A stretch of 64,000 nt of DNA from NCBI GenBank assembly GCA_963709785.1, contig CAVPXT010000007.1:137613-201612 (forward strand), written 5' to 3'. A program made the position numbers and the translations under genes. The stretch's first letter is position 1, and the number at the start of each line of letters is the position of its first letter. The notes under the pieces were generated by a model. That model worked only from the letters and a program-made list of their open reading frames with translations, had not been told where the DNA came from and did no database searches. The stretch is from an uncultured Actinomycetota bacterium (GTDB taxonomy: Bacteria > Actinomycetota > Actinomycetes > Actinomycetales > Dermatophilaceae). Below, in pieces: positions 1 to 9,366 of the stretch.

Positions 1-200
1 GCGTCGAGGACGAGCGCCGCCTCGGTGGGGGCGATCCCCCGGCCGGCCCGCTGGAAGAGGTCGAGCCCGGTCTCCCGCTGGAGGGCCGCCAGGTGCTGGC
101 TCACGGCCGACGAGGTGAGGCCGAGGTTGTCGGCGGCGGCCTGGACCGAGCCGCTCGCGACGACGGAGCGGAAGACGGAGAGACGGTGCGGGTCGAGCAT
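1..200 (-). CDS. LysR-family transcriptional regulator, N-terminal HTH portion only (C-terminal part lies left of the window)
   Basis: Reverse-strand translation from ATG at 200 gives MLDPHRLSVFRSVVASGSVQAAADNLGLTSSAVSQHLAALQRETGLDLFQRAGRGIAPTEAA, a canonical LysR winged-helix. Absent from the ORF track because no stop lies in the window. Confidence 0.8.
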   Translation of the reverse strand, partial: MLDPHRLSVFRSVVASGSVQAAADNLGLTSSAVSQHLAALQRETGLDLFQRAGRGIAPTEAALVLD

Positions 201-489
201 CTCCCAATGATAAGCCCTGCTTAACTACTCTTCAGTAGAGTCACGTTGTGCTGAACGGTTGAACGCAGGATCATCGTAGTCATGAACGCCGCATCGCTCT
301 CCATCCAGAAGGCTCGCGCCCTCGCCGCCAACCTCCGCATCTCCCGCACCTCCGGCCGTGGCTGGGACGGGCAGGTCGACCGTGACCTCGTCCGCGAGAC
401 CCACGACATCTACCTCCTCGCCCAGTCCGCCTCCCCCCGCGTCATCTGATCCCTCCCTCCGGGGGGACCAGCAGCACGCAGACCGACCC

Positions 490-1185
490 TCACGCCACCA
501 CGTGGCGGAGGGTCGTCGTCGTCTCCGGGGAGCGTGCCTCGAGCGCCGCGCGCTGCGCGAGGTAGAGCTCCGCGCAGGCCAGGGCGTCGGTGAGCGCCTC
601 GTGGGCCCGGTAGACCGGCAGCCCGTACCGTGCCCGCGCCGCCCACAGCCGCAGCGCCCCGGGGTCCGAGGCGGCGTCCCAGCCCCCGCCGAGCGCCCGG
701 CGCTCGAGCTCGAAGGTGTCGACGACCTCGACGGGCAGGCCGGCGCCCCAGAACTGCCCGCAGGCCGCGCCGAGGAACCCCGTCTCGATCCGGGCGAAGT
801 GCGCGAGCAGCACCCGCCCGCGCAGCGCCACGAGCAGCTCGCCGAGCACCTGCTCGAAGGCCGCGCCCCCGGCGAGCGCGTCGTCGGTGATGCCGTGGAT
901 CGTCGCGCTGTGACCGACGTCCCCGGCGTCCCCGATCCCGAGGTGGCCGGCACCGGAGAGGTCGACGCGTCCGCCGTCCACCGGCACCCAGCCGATCGAG
1001 AGCACCCGGTCGGTCCGGGCGTCGAGGCCGGTCGTCTCGATGTCGACCGCGAGGAGCCGGAGGTCCGCCAGCGGGGTGTCGCGGTCCGGCACGGGGGACT
1101 CGAGGAGCTCGCGCAGCGGGCCGGGCGCCGCCCGGCGCGCCTCGCGCTCGCGCCGCGCCGCGACCGAGCGCCGGAGGCCGATCAC
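490..1185 (-). CDS. DEDDh 3'-5' exonuclease (DnaQ / Pol III epsilon-like)
   Basis: C-terminal 232 codons of ORF 490..1788. Motifs LLAVDIETTGLD, HSATIHGITDD and YRAHEALTDA match exo I/II/III. GTG at 1185 overlaps the upstream stop as GTGA. Confidence 0.85.
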   Translation of the reverse strand: MIGLRRSVAARREREARRAAPGPLRELLESPVPDRDTPLADLRLLAVDIETTGLDARTDRVLSIGWVPVDGGRVDLSGAGHLGIGDAGDVGHSATIHGITDDALAGGAAFEQVLGELLVALRGRVLLAHFARIETGFLGAACGQFWGAGLPVEVVDTFELERRALGGGWDAASDPGALRLWAARARYGLPVYRAHEALTDALACAELYLAQRAALEARSPETTTTLRHVVA

Positions 1186-3068
1186 GAGACGAAGTGGGTC
1201 AGGTACCGCCGACCGAGGGCCTGCTGCGCGAACCGGACGATCGAGAACGCCTCCCGCAGGTGCCGCTTCTCGAAGCTCGACAGGGCGTCCGGGGAGACGA
1301 AGTTGTCGGTGGGCAGGCCCGCCCGCACCTGCTCCGACTGGTGCCGCAGCCGCACGTAGCCGATGAACTCGAACGCGTCGCGCAGGTCGCCGGCGAGCTC
1401 CTCGCTGATCGACCCGGCGACCCGCGCCGCCTCGATGCGTGCCCGGGTGTTCACCGCGGGCGACCCGACCGAGAGCGCGTGGACCCGCGCGAGCTCGACG
1501 ACGGCGAGGATGCCGCCGCGCTTGATGTCGAGGGTGTCGCGGTGCTCGCCGGCCTTCTCGAGGACGAAGCCGCGGAAGAAGCCCAGCGGCGGCTCGTGCG
1601 CCCCGGCCTGCTTCGCGAGGTGGGCGAGGAAGGTCGTGGCGCCGGGGGTCCCGCGCAGCACGTGCTCGCGGAGCCGGGTGTGGAGGGTCTCGTCGCCGTG
1701 GACGGGCCGCATGTCGAAGAAGATCGAGGAGTGGAGCACCGCCTCGGGCGTCGGCTCGGTGAGCCAGGAGGAGAACTCCCGGCGCCACGCGGCGAGCGGC
1801 TTGCGCCAGCGCGGGTTCGTCGCCATCACCTCTCCGCGGCAGCGCGGGTACCCGCAGCGCACCAGGCCGTCGGTGACCCGCTCGGCGAGCGCCTCGAACC
1901 AGGGCAGGTCCTCCTCGGCGACGGCGTCGTCGAGGAGGAGCGCGGTGTCCTGGTCGGCCGCGAGCGCCTGCTCGAGCCGGGCCCGCGACCCGAGCGCCAC
2001 CCAGCAGTACGGCGCGGGCGCGGGGCCGAGCTCGGCCTCGACGAGCGCGATGACCCGGCGCTCGACGGCATCCCCGACGGCGGTGACGACCCGCCCGATG
2101 TCGTCGGCGGAGGCGTCCTGGTCGACGAGCGCCTGGACCACCCGCGGCAGCCGCGACGCCACCCGGGCCACCCCCTCGACGTCCGGCTGCTTCGCGACGT
2201 CACCGGCGAGGTAGACCGGGTTGGCCTCCTCGAGGCGCAGCAGGTCGGTCGTCGTGACGATGCCGGCCGCACGCCCGGCGGCGTCGACCAGCGGGAGGTG
2301 GTGGATGCGCCGGCTCGTCATCTCCAGGAGCGCCTCGAAGGCCAGCGCCTCGACCGACGCGGTGACCGGGTCGGCGGTCATCACCTCGGTGACCGGGACG
2401 GACGGGTCGACCCCGGCGGCGACGACCCGGGTGCGCAGGTCGCGGTCGGTGAGGATGCCCGTGAGCCGCTCCCCGTCCATGACGAGCAGCGAGGACACCC
2501 CCTCGCGCGCCATGACACCGGCCGCCTCCCGCACCGTCGTGGAGGCAGCGACGGAGACCACGTCGCGGGCCAGGAGGTCGCGCACCCGCGTCTTGAGGAT
2601 GGCGCTGCCGGAGGCCGAGACCTGGAGCTCGGCGACCGCGCCCTGCATCCGGCTGCGCCGCTGTGCGTCGTAGAAGGCGTCGAACTCGGGGTGCTCGCGG
2701 CACAGCGCGTGGAAGTCGTCCTCGGGGAGCAGCAGGGCGAGTGAGTCCTCGATGGCGGTGACCGAGAAGGTGGACGGGTTGCCCTGCGTCAGCGTGATCG
2801 ACCCGAACGACGCCCCGGCACCCCCGCGGTCGACGAGGGTCCCCTGGGCGTCGTGGACGTCGCAGGCGCCCGAGCGGAGCACGTAGAGGTGGTGGTTCTC
2901 CTCGCCACGGCCGATCAGCTCGGTGCCGCGGCGGAAGTACTCGACCGCCATCCGGCCCGGCAGGCCCGTGAGGACGGCGGCCGGCAGGCCGGAGAACGGG
3001 TCGTGGCCGGCGAGGAAGTCGCGCACCTCGGCCAGCTCCACATCGAGGGCCATGCCCCATCGTGGCAC
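1182..3068 (-). CDS. cyclic-nucleotide-binding + CBS-pair + DUF294-type nucleotidyltransferase domain protein
   Basis: 628-aa ORF with an N-terminal cNMP-binding fold, tandem CBS region (VVSVAASTTVREAAGVMAREGVSSLLV ... HHLPLVD) and a C-terminal GlnD-like NTase/substrate-binding region. Start may be the ATG at 3053 (MALDVELAEV). Confidence 0.85.
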   Translation of the reverse strand: MPRWGMALDVELAEVRDFLAGHDPFSGLPAAVLTGLPGRMAVEYFRRGTELIGRGEENHHLYVLRSGACDVHDAQGTLVDRGGAGASFGSITLTQGNPSTFSVTAIEDSLALLLPEDDFHALCREHPEFDAFYDAQRRSRMQGAVAELQVSASGSAILKTRVRDLLARDVVSVAASTTVREAAGVMAREGVSSLLVMDGERLTGILTDRDLRTRVVAAGVDPSVPVTEVMTADPVTASVEALAFEALLEMTSRRIHHLPLVDAAGRAAGIVTTTDLLRLEEANPVYLAGDVAKQPDVEGVARVASRLPRVVQALVDQDASADDIGRVVTAVGDAVERRVIALVEAELGPAPAPYCWVALGSRARLEQALAADQDTALLLDDAVAEEDLPWFEALAERVTDGLVRCGYPRCRGEVMATNPRWRKPLAAWRREFSSWLTEPTPEAVLHSSIFFDMRPVHGDETLHTRLREHVLRGTPGATTFLAHLAKQAGAHEPPLGFFRGFVLEKAGEHRDTLDIKRGGILAVVELARVHALSVGSPAVNTRARIEAARVAGSISEELAGDLRDAFEFIGYVRLRHQSEQVRAGLPTDNFVSPDALSSFEKRHLREAFSIVRFAQQALGRRYLTHFVS

Positions 3069-3078
3069 CGCTCGGGCG

Positions 3079-4194
3079 TCAGGCCGAACCCCGGACGACG
3101 AGCCGGGTCGGCAGGACGGTCTCGACGGGCACCTCCCGGCCCGCGACCCGCGCGAGCAGCACCTCCGCCATGACCCGGCCCATCCGGCTGACCGGCTGAC
3201 GGACGGTGGTCAGCTCGGGGTCGGTGAGGCGGCACACCGGGGAGTCGTCGAAGCCGACGACGGCGACGTCGTCCGGCACGGTGAGCCCGGCGTCGCGCAG
3301 GGACCGCAGGGCGCCGACCGCCATGAGGTCGGAGGCGGCGAAGACGGCGTCGGGGGCGGGGCCCGCGGCGAGCAGCTCGTCCATCGCCCGACGTCCGCTC
3401 GCCTCCGAGTAGTCGCCGAAGGCCGTGCGGGGGCGGGGCGCCCCGGCAGCCTCCGCGGCGTCGAGGGCCCCGACGAGGCGGTCGCGCCCGGAGGACATGT
3501 CCTGGGGCCCGGCGATGACCGCGAGGTGCCGCCGGCCGGTGCCCACGAGGTGCTCGACGGCGGCCCGCGCCCCCGCGAGGTTGTCGGCGTCGACGACGTA
3601 CGGGGGGCGGCGGGCGGCGGGACGGCCCCCGCAGACGGTCGGCACCCCGCGGGACTCGAGGAGCTCGGGCAGGGGGTCCTCGGCATGGAGGGACAGGAGG
3701 AGGACACCGTCGACGTGCTGCTCGGTGAGGTAGGTGGCGGCGCGGTCGCGCTCGGGCTCGGTCCCGGCCATCACGAGGACGAGCTGACGCCCCTCCTCGC
3801 CGAGCCGTTCGCCGATCCCGCGGACGATCGCGGCGAAGTAGGGCTCGCCGAAGAGCCGCTCCCCGGGCTCGGAGACGACGAGGGCCACGGTGTCGGTGCG
3901 CCGTGTCACCAGCGAGCGGGCGGCCCGGTTCGGCACGTAGCCGAGCTCGGTGACCGCGTCGAGCACCGCGCGGCGGGCGCGGGGGCTGACCTGCGGCGAG
4001 TCGTTGAGGACCCGCGAGGCGGTCCCCCGGCCGACGCCGGCGTGGTCGGCGACGTCGGCGAGCGTGGGGGGCCGCCCGACTCCCGTGCCGGGGCCGGGTT
4101 CCCTGGGTACGACCCCGGCACGGGCGCCGGACGGGTGCGTCAGGAGCACCGGGGGGCCGGAGCCCGATCCCGTGGGAGCGCTCCCATCCGTCAC
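3079..4194 (-). CDS. LacI-family transcriptional regulator
   Basis: HTH TLADVADHAGVGRGTASRVLNDSPQVSPRARRAVLDAVTELGYVPNRAARSL followed by a periplasmic-binding-like fold. True start is uncertain (GTG at 4149 is possible). Confidence 0.85.
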   Translation of the reverse strand: MTDGSAPTGSGSGPPVLLTHPSGARAGVVPREPGPGTGVGRPPTLADVADHAGVGRGTASRVLNDSPQVSPRARRAVLDAVTELGYVPNRAARSLVTRRTDTVALVVSEPGERLFGEPYFAAIVRGIGERLGEEGRQLVLVMAGTEPERDRAATYLTEQHVDGVLLLSLHAEDPLPELLESRGVPTVCGGRPAARRPPYVVDADNLAGARAAVEHLVGTGRRHLAVIAGPQDMSSGRDRLVGALDAAEAAGAPRPRTAFGDYSEASGRRAMDELLAAGPAPDAVFAASDLMAVGALRSLRDAGLTVPDDVAVVGFDDSPVCRLTDPELTTVRQPVSRMGRVMAEVLLARVAGREVPVETVLPTRLVVRGSA

Positions 4195-4297
4195 CGCGCC
4201 AGTATCACCCGAGCCGACCGCGGCCCGTCAACGTGTCCACGGGATGTGTCCGAACCGTGACCGGTCGGACGGTCGGCGGCGGTGGGCGGCGCCGGGG

Positions 4298-4747
4298 TCA
4301 GCCCGTCACGACCTCGCCGCCGGCGCCCTTCCAGTCACCGATGCCGCCGCTGAGGTCGTACGCGCCGGTGAAGCCGACCGAGGTCATCGCGTCGAGGGCG
4401 GCGGCCGAGCGGCTGCCGGAACGGCAGTAGACGGCGTACGGCGCGGCGGGGTCGAGCCGGCCGATCTGCGCGCCGAAGTCCGGGCTCGAGATGTCGACGT
4501 TCACGGCGCCGGGCAGGTGACCCTCGGCGTACTCGGCAGGGGTGCGCACGTCGAGGACGGTGGTGCCGGGTCGCTTGAGCGCGGCGGCGAACTCGGCGGC
4601 GTCGAGGTGGGAGCCGCTCGCCGGCGCGGCGCTGGCCGCGGCACCGGAGGTGACGCTCACCGCGGGGTCGCCGGCGCCGCAGGCGCCGAGCAGGCCGGTG
4701 GCGGCGAGGGAGAGGGACAGGACCGCGACGAGACGGCGGACGGGCAT
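4298..4747 (-). CDS. rhodanese-domain lipoprotein (sulfurtransferase)
   Basis: Signal peptide with lipobox LLGAC, and a rhodanese core VLDVRTPAEYAEGHLPGAVNVD ... VYCRSGSRS with catalytic Cys. Confidence 0.85.
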   Translation of the reverse strand: MPVRRLVAVLSLSLAATGLLGACGAGDPAVSVTSGAAASAAPASGSHLDAAEFAAALKRPGTTVLDVRTPAEYAEGHLPGAVNVDISSPDFGAQIGRLDPAAPYAVYCRSGSRSAAALDAMTSVGFTGAYDLSGGIGDWKGAGGEVVTG

Positions 4748-4785
4748 CGGGAAGCTCCTGGGTCGGGCGGGACGTGGGGACGACT

Positions 4786-4801
4786 ATACCCCAGGGGGTA
4801 T
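4786..4801. promoter_or_regulatory. CsoR/CstR-type operator-like palindrome ATACCCCAGGGGGTAT (site 1 of 8)
   Basis: 16-bp inverted repeat fitting ATACCC-N4-GGGTAT. Lies 39 bp upstream of the rhodanese lipoprotein start, in the divergent region shared with bdhA. Confidence 0.6.
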
Positions 4802-4905
4802 GAGGTGGCGATGTGCTCCGACCAGACCGCGCCCACACCGTCCTCCGGGTTTTGTGGCGTCCGCACACATCAGGGGCCGGCGGCGTGCTCCCTAGGGTCC
4901 GAGCC

Positions 4906-5676
4906 ATGACGGAGCCCAACGCCGCACCCACCGCCGACCTCGACGGCCGGGTCGCCCTCGTCACCGGCGCCGCCAGCGGCATCGGCGCCGCGGTCGCCGA
5001 GGCCCTCGCCGCCGCGGGAGCCGTGGTCCACGCCGTCGACCGTGACGCCGACGCGCTGGGCCGCTTCGACACGGTCGAGCGGGTCGAGCCGCTCGTCGCC
5101 GACCTCGCCGACCTCGGCGGGCTCGCCGCCCTCCCGACCGCGGTCGACATCCTCGTGAACAACGCCGGGATCCAGCACGTCAGCCCGATCGAGGACTTCC
5201 CGGTCGAGCGCTTCGACCACATCCTCGACCTCATGCTCGTCGGGCCCTTCCGGCTCGTCCGCCAGTCCCTCCCCCACATGTACGCGCGCGGCTGGGGGCG
5301 CATCGTCAACGTCTCGAGCGTGCACGGGCTCCGGGCCAGCGCCTACAAGGCGGCGTACGTCACCGCCAAGCACGGGCTCGAGGGACTGTCCAAGGTCACC
5401 GCGCTCGAGGGTGGCCCGAAGGGCGTGACGTCGAACTGCGTCAACCCCGCGTACGTGCGGACCCCCCTCGTCGAGAAGCAGATCGCGGACCAGGCCCGCA
5501 CCCACGGCATCCCGGAGTCGGAGGTCGTCGAGTCGGTGATGCTCGAGCCCGTCGCCGTCAAGCGCCTCGTCGAGCCCGAGGAGGTCGCCGCGCTCGCACT
5601 CTTCCTCTGCGGACCGGCCTCGGCGTCGGTCAACGGGGCGTCGTTCGCGATGGACGGCGGGTGGAGCGCCCACTGA
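4906..5676 (+). CDS. bdhA: 3-hydroxybutyrate dehydrogenase (SDR)
   Basis: LDGRVALVTGAASGIG, NNAGIQHVSPIEDFP, YKAAYVTAKHGLEGL, VNPAYVRTPLVEKQI and a DGGWSAH tail resemble BdhA. ATG at 4906 (MTEPNAAP) is preferred over the ORF-track start at 4813. Confidence 0.75.
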   Translation: MTEPNAAPTADLDGRVALVTGAASGIGAAVAEALAAAGAVVHAVDRDADALGRFDTVERVEPLVADLADLGGLAALPTAVDILVNNAGIQHVSPIEDFPVERFDHILDLMLVGPFRLVRQSLPHMYARGWGRIVNVSSVHGLRASAYKAAYVTAKHGLEGLSKVTALEGGPKGVTSNCVNPAYVRTPLVEKQIADQARTHGIPESEVVESVMLEPVAVKRLVEPEEVAALALFLCGPASASVNGASFAMDGGWSAH

Positions 5677-7547
5677 GGGCCGCCGGGGGCATCCCGGTCC
5701 CTAGGATCGACGACGTGGCGAGCGCGGCGGAGGACCCGGATGCCGAGGGGGCCCTGCGCCTCCTCGAGCAGCTGGCCGCGGGCGCGACCGTGGCCGACCT
5801 CGCGTCGGCTCCTGCCGGTGCTCGTGCCCGCGAGCTCGCACTCCAGGTGGCCGCGGCGCGCGAGGTGCACCAGCGGCGGGAAGCCGGCCTCTCCGCGCTC
5901 CTCGACACCGCCCGCGCCCTCGCGAGCGAGAGCGACACGGGCCAGGTGCTCGACGCCATCGTCCGCCGGGCCCGCGCCCTCATCGGCACCGACCTCACCT
6001 ACCTCACGCTGCACGACCCGGACCGCGGCGACACCTACATGCGGGCGACGGACGGGTCGGTCTCGGCCGCGTTCCAGTCGGTGCGCCTCGACCTCGGTGC
6101 CGGGCTCGGTGGGCTCGTCGCGTCGACCCGCAAGCCGTACTGGACCGCCGACTACTGGAACGACGACCGCTTTCGGCACACGACCGACATCGACGGTGCG
6201 GTGTCCGAGGAGGGCATCGTCGCGATCTGCGGGACACCGCTGCTCGTCGAGAACGAGTTCGTGGGCGTGCTCTTCGCCGCCAACCGCTCGCCGCGCCCGT
6301 TCACGCGGGAGGAGGTCGGCCTGCTGGGCAACCTCGCGACGCTCGCCGCCGTCACGCTCGTCCAGACCCGCGCGCTCGTCGATGCCGAGTCGGCCCTCGC
6401 GGCGCTGTCCGAGGCGCACGAGACGGTGCAGCAGTACGCCGACGGCATCGAGAAGGCGGCGGCGGCCCACGACCGGTTCGCCTCGCTCGTCCTCGAGGGC
6501 GGGGGCGTCGACGACCTGACGCACGCCCTCGCCGACCTGCTCGGCGGGTGGGCCGCGCTCGTCGGCGAGGACGGCTCGGTGCGCAGCACCACGCCCGGGG
6601 CGGCCGTCCCCACGCACTTCCCCGACCTCGGCGCCGGGCGCCTCGTCACCTCCGGCGACGTCCACGGCCTCGCGGTCGCGACGGCCGAGGAGCACCTGGC
6701 GACCCTGTTCGTGGGCGGTGCCGGGGACCTCGCCGATGCCGACCGCCGCACGGTCGAGCGGGCGGGCGTCGTCACCGCCCTCGTGCTCCTCTTCGAACGG
6801 CAGGCCGCCGACGCCCGGCAGTCGGCGCGCAACCGGGTGCTCTCCGAGCTCGTCGCCGCGCGCGGGCCGGTGGAGGACCGGCTCCAGCTCGCCCGCTCGG
6901 CCGGCGTGGACCCCGACCGGCCGTACTGCCTCCTCGTCCTGCGCGGCGACCCCGGCGCGTCGACGCGGGCCCTCGCGCTGTCCGCGACGGCGGCCACCGG
7001 TGAGGGCGGGCTCGTCGGGGTGCACGACGGCGACGTCGTCGCCCTCGTGGCGGGCTCGGACCCCGACGAGCTCGCCCGCCGGGTGGCCGCGAGGGTCGGG
7101 CGCCGCGGCGAGGCCACGGTGGCGGGGGTGGGCCCGCTGACCGGGCTCGACGGCGTCCCGGCGGCGCACGACGAGGCGGTGCGCACCGTCGCGGCGCTCG
7201 TCGCGCTCGGGCACCGGGGGCGCGGGGCGGCGGCGACCCACCTGGGGTTCGCCGGGCTCATCGTCGGGTCGGACCCGGACGTCGCGTCCTACGTGGGCCG
7301 CGAGCTCGGCCCGCTGCTCGACTACGACGAGCGGCGCGGCACCGACCTCGTCGGGACGCTCGCGGCGTACTTCGACGCCGGACGCAGCCCCCGGCACGCC
7401 GCGACCCGGCTGCACGTGCACGTCAACACGGTGGCGCAGCGGCTCGAGCGGATCGGCGCCCTGCTCGGGGACGACTGGCAGGACCCCGACCACTCCCTCG
7501 AGCTCCAGCTGGCCCTGCGGATGCGTCGCCTGCTCGCCACCCCCTGA
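5661..7547 (+). CDS. PucR-family transcriptional regulator with N-terminal GAF domain
   Basis: GAF-like region (VLDAIVRRARALIGTDLTYLTLHD...) and a C-terminal PucR HTH (GTLAAYFDAGRSPRHAATRLHVHVNTVAQRLERI). Start is uncertain because it overlaps the bdhA end. Confidence 0.8.
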   Translation: MERPLRAAGGIPVPRIDDVASAAEDPDAEGALRLLEQLAAGATVADLASAPAGARARELALQVAAAREVHQRREAGLSALLDTARALASESDTGQVLDAIVRRARALIGTDLTYLTLHDPDRGDTYMRATDGSVSAAFQSVRLDLGAGLGGLVASTRKPYWTADYWNDDRFRHTTDIDGAVSEEGIVAICGTPLLVENEFVGVLFAANRSPRPFTREEVGLLGNLATLAAVTLVQTRALVDAESALAALSEAHETVQQYADGIEKAAAAHDRFASLVLEGGGVDDLTHALADLLGGWAALVGEDGSVRSTTPGAAVPTHFPDLGAGRLVTSGDVHGLAVATAEEHLATLFVGGAGDLADADRRTVERAGVVTALVLLFERQAADARQSARNRVLSELVAARGPVEDRLQLARSAGVDPDRPYCLLVLRGDPGASTRALALSATAATGEGGLVGVHDGDVVALVAGSDPDELARRVAARVGRRGEATVAGVGPLTGLDGVPAAHDEAVRTVAALVALGHRGRGAAATHLGFAGLIVGSDPDVASYVGRELGPLLDYDERRGTDLVGTLAAYFDAGRSPRHAATRLHVHVNTVAQRLERIGALLGDDWQDPDHSLELQLALRMRRLLATP

Positions 7548-7626
7548 CGCGCGGCCCGTCCCGGGCGAGGTCGCTCTCGCTAGACTCCGGGGGATTCGGC
7601 AGGCCCTGCGAAGCACCCGCTCGGCG

Positions 7627-8424
7627 TTGGCCGGCAGGTACCGGTGGGAGGTGGAGCTCGTGGGTCTGTTCGACCTGACCGGACGCACGGCCCTGGTCAC
7701 CGGGTCGAGCCGGGGGATCGGCATGGCGCTGGCCGAGGGCCTGCTCGACGCCGGGGCGCGGGTGGTCGTCCACGGCCGGGACCGCTCTCGCGCGGAGGCC
7801 ACCGCCTCGGCCCTCAGCCGCACGACCGGGGGCGAGACGGACGTCGCGACGTTCGACGTCACGGACGCCGACGCCGTCGACCGGGGCGTCACCGAGATCG
7901 AGCGGCTGTGGGGGGTGCCCGACATCCTCGTCAACAACGCCGGGATCCAGCGCCGCAGCCCCTTCGTGGAGTTCTCCACGGCGGACTGGGACGAGCTGGT
8001 CGCGACGAACCTGACCAGCGTGTTCCTCGTGGGGCAGCGCGTCGCTCGCGGGATGGCGGCGCGCGGCAGCGGGAAGATCGTCAACATCGGCTCGGTGCAG
8101 AGCCGGCTGGCGCGACCGGGCATCGCCCCGTACAGCGCGACGAAGGGCGGCCTCGTGATGCTCACCCGCGGCATGTGCGCCGACCTGGCGCCGTCGGGAG
8201 TCCAGGCGAACGCCCTCGCCCCGGGGTACGTCGAGACGGAGCTCACCGCCGCCCTGGTGGCCGACCCGGACTTCACCGAATGGGTCGCGGGCCGCACGCC
8301 GGCAGGTCGCTGGGGCCAGGTCCGGGACCTGGTCGGCGCGCTGGTCTTCCTGTCGTCGCCGGCCTCGGACTTCGTCAACGGCCAGGTGCTGTACGTCGAC
8401 GGGGGCATGACGGCGGTGGTGTGA
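7627..8424 (+). CDS. SDR-family oxidoreductase (gluconate-5-dehydrogenase-like)
   Basis: TALVTGSSRGIG, NNAGIQ and YSATKGG motifs. 265 aa. Confidence 0.85.
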   Translation: MAGRYRWEVELVGLFDLTGRTALVTGSSRGIGMALAEGLLDAGARVVVHGRDRSRAEATASALSRTTGGETDVATFDVTDADAVDRGVTEIERLWGVPDILVNNAGIQRRSPFVEFSTADWDELVATNLTSVFLVGQRVARGMAARGSGKIVNIGSVQSRLARPGIAPYSATKGGLVMLTRGMCADLAPSGVQANALAPGYVETELTAALVADPDFTEWVAGRTPAGRWGQVRDLVGALVFLSSPASDFVNGQVLYVDGGMTAVV

Positions 8425-8445
8425 GGCCACTCCCCCGGGGGAGGG

Positions 8446-9366
8446 TCAGTCGGCGTCGAGCATCCGCTCCACGGCATCGGCGACCGCGGTGACCCCGGCG
8501 TCCTCGAGGACGACCGAGTAGTGGTTGGCGTCGACGTCGGTGGTGCGCAGCGCCTCCGGCAGGCCGAGCGCCGCGAGCCGCGCCGGGTCGTAGAGGCCCT
8601 GCGGCTCGTCCATCAGCCCGCGGTGCGCCCACACCAGCTCCACCGGGACCCCCGCGCCGACCGCGGCCCGCGCCGCGGCGTGCGTCTCGGGGTCGGCGAG
8701 CACGTCGGCCCCGTCGGCACGCACCGCGTCGAGCACGCACGAGCTGCGCCACCCGTCGCCGTCCTCCACCAGGTCGTGGAGGACGTACCGCCGCGCCGCG
8801 TCGCCGGCGGGCCCGCGGAGCACCGGGCCGAGCGCGGGGTGCTCGTCCCAGAACGCGAGGTAGGCCTCCGTCGAGTCGAAGCGCATCGAGAGGCGCTGCA
8901 TCGCCGGCCCGATGACGGCCCGCAGCGCGGCGTCGACGTCGAGGTCCGGCGGCGCCGGGAAGGCCAGCCCGCCGTCGACGAGCACGACCCCGGAGAACCG
9001 CTCGGGATGGCGCGCCGCAGCGAGCGCGGCGACGAACCCGCCCATCGAGTGCCCGACGAGCACCGGTGCGGCCGCGAAGGCAGAGGCGATGCCTGCGAGG
9101 TCCTCCGCGTGCACCCCGAGCCCGAACGGAGCGGGCGCGGCCGCACTCGCCGCCCGCCCGCGCAGGTCCGGCGCCAGCACACGCACGCCACCCGCGCGCC
9201 GTCGGCCCAGCTCGTCGGCGACCCGCTGCCACGACAGCCCGTTGGCGGTGATGCCGTGGACGGCGAGGACGACGCGGGCGTCGTCGGCGACCGGCCCGGT
9301 CGTGAGGTCGTGGACGGCGAGGTGCCCCTCGGGCAGCTCGATGACGAAGGCGGGGTCGGTGCTCAC
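8446..9366 (-). CDS. alpha/beta hydrolase
   Basis: HGITANG, nucleophile elbow GHSMGG, 306 aa. Its start overlaps the stop of the upstream permease gene (9363-9366). Confidence 0.8.
   Translation of the reverse strand: MSTDPAFVIELPEGHLAVHDLTTGPVADDARVVLAVHGITANGLSWQRVADELGRRRAGGVRVLAPDLRGRAASAAAPAPFGLGVHAEDLAGIASAFAAAPVLVGHSMGGFVAALAAARHPERFSGVVLVDGGLAFPAPPDLDVDAALRAVIGPAMQRLSMRFDSTEAYLAFWDEHPALGPVLRGPAGDAARRYVLHDLVEDGDGWRSSCVLDAVRADGADVLADPETHAAARAAVGAGVPVELVWAHRGLMDEPQGLYDPARLAALGLPEALRTTDVDANHYSVVLEDAGVTAVADAVERMLDAD

Noticed and set aside
5343-8477. 1044-aa minus-strand ORF spanning the PucR and SDR region
   Set aside because: It is antisense to two plus-strand genes with clear motifs. 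Its translation is Arg/Pro/Gly/Ala-rich with no motif, the usual stop-free antisense frame of very GC-rich DNA.
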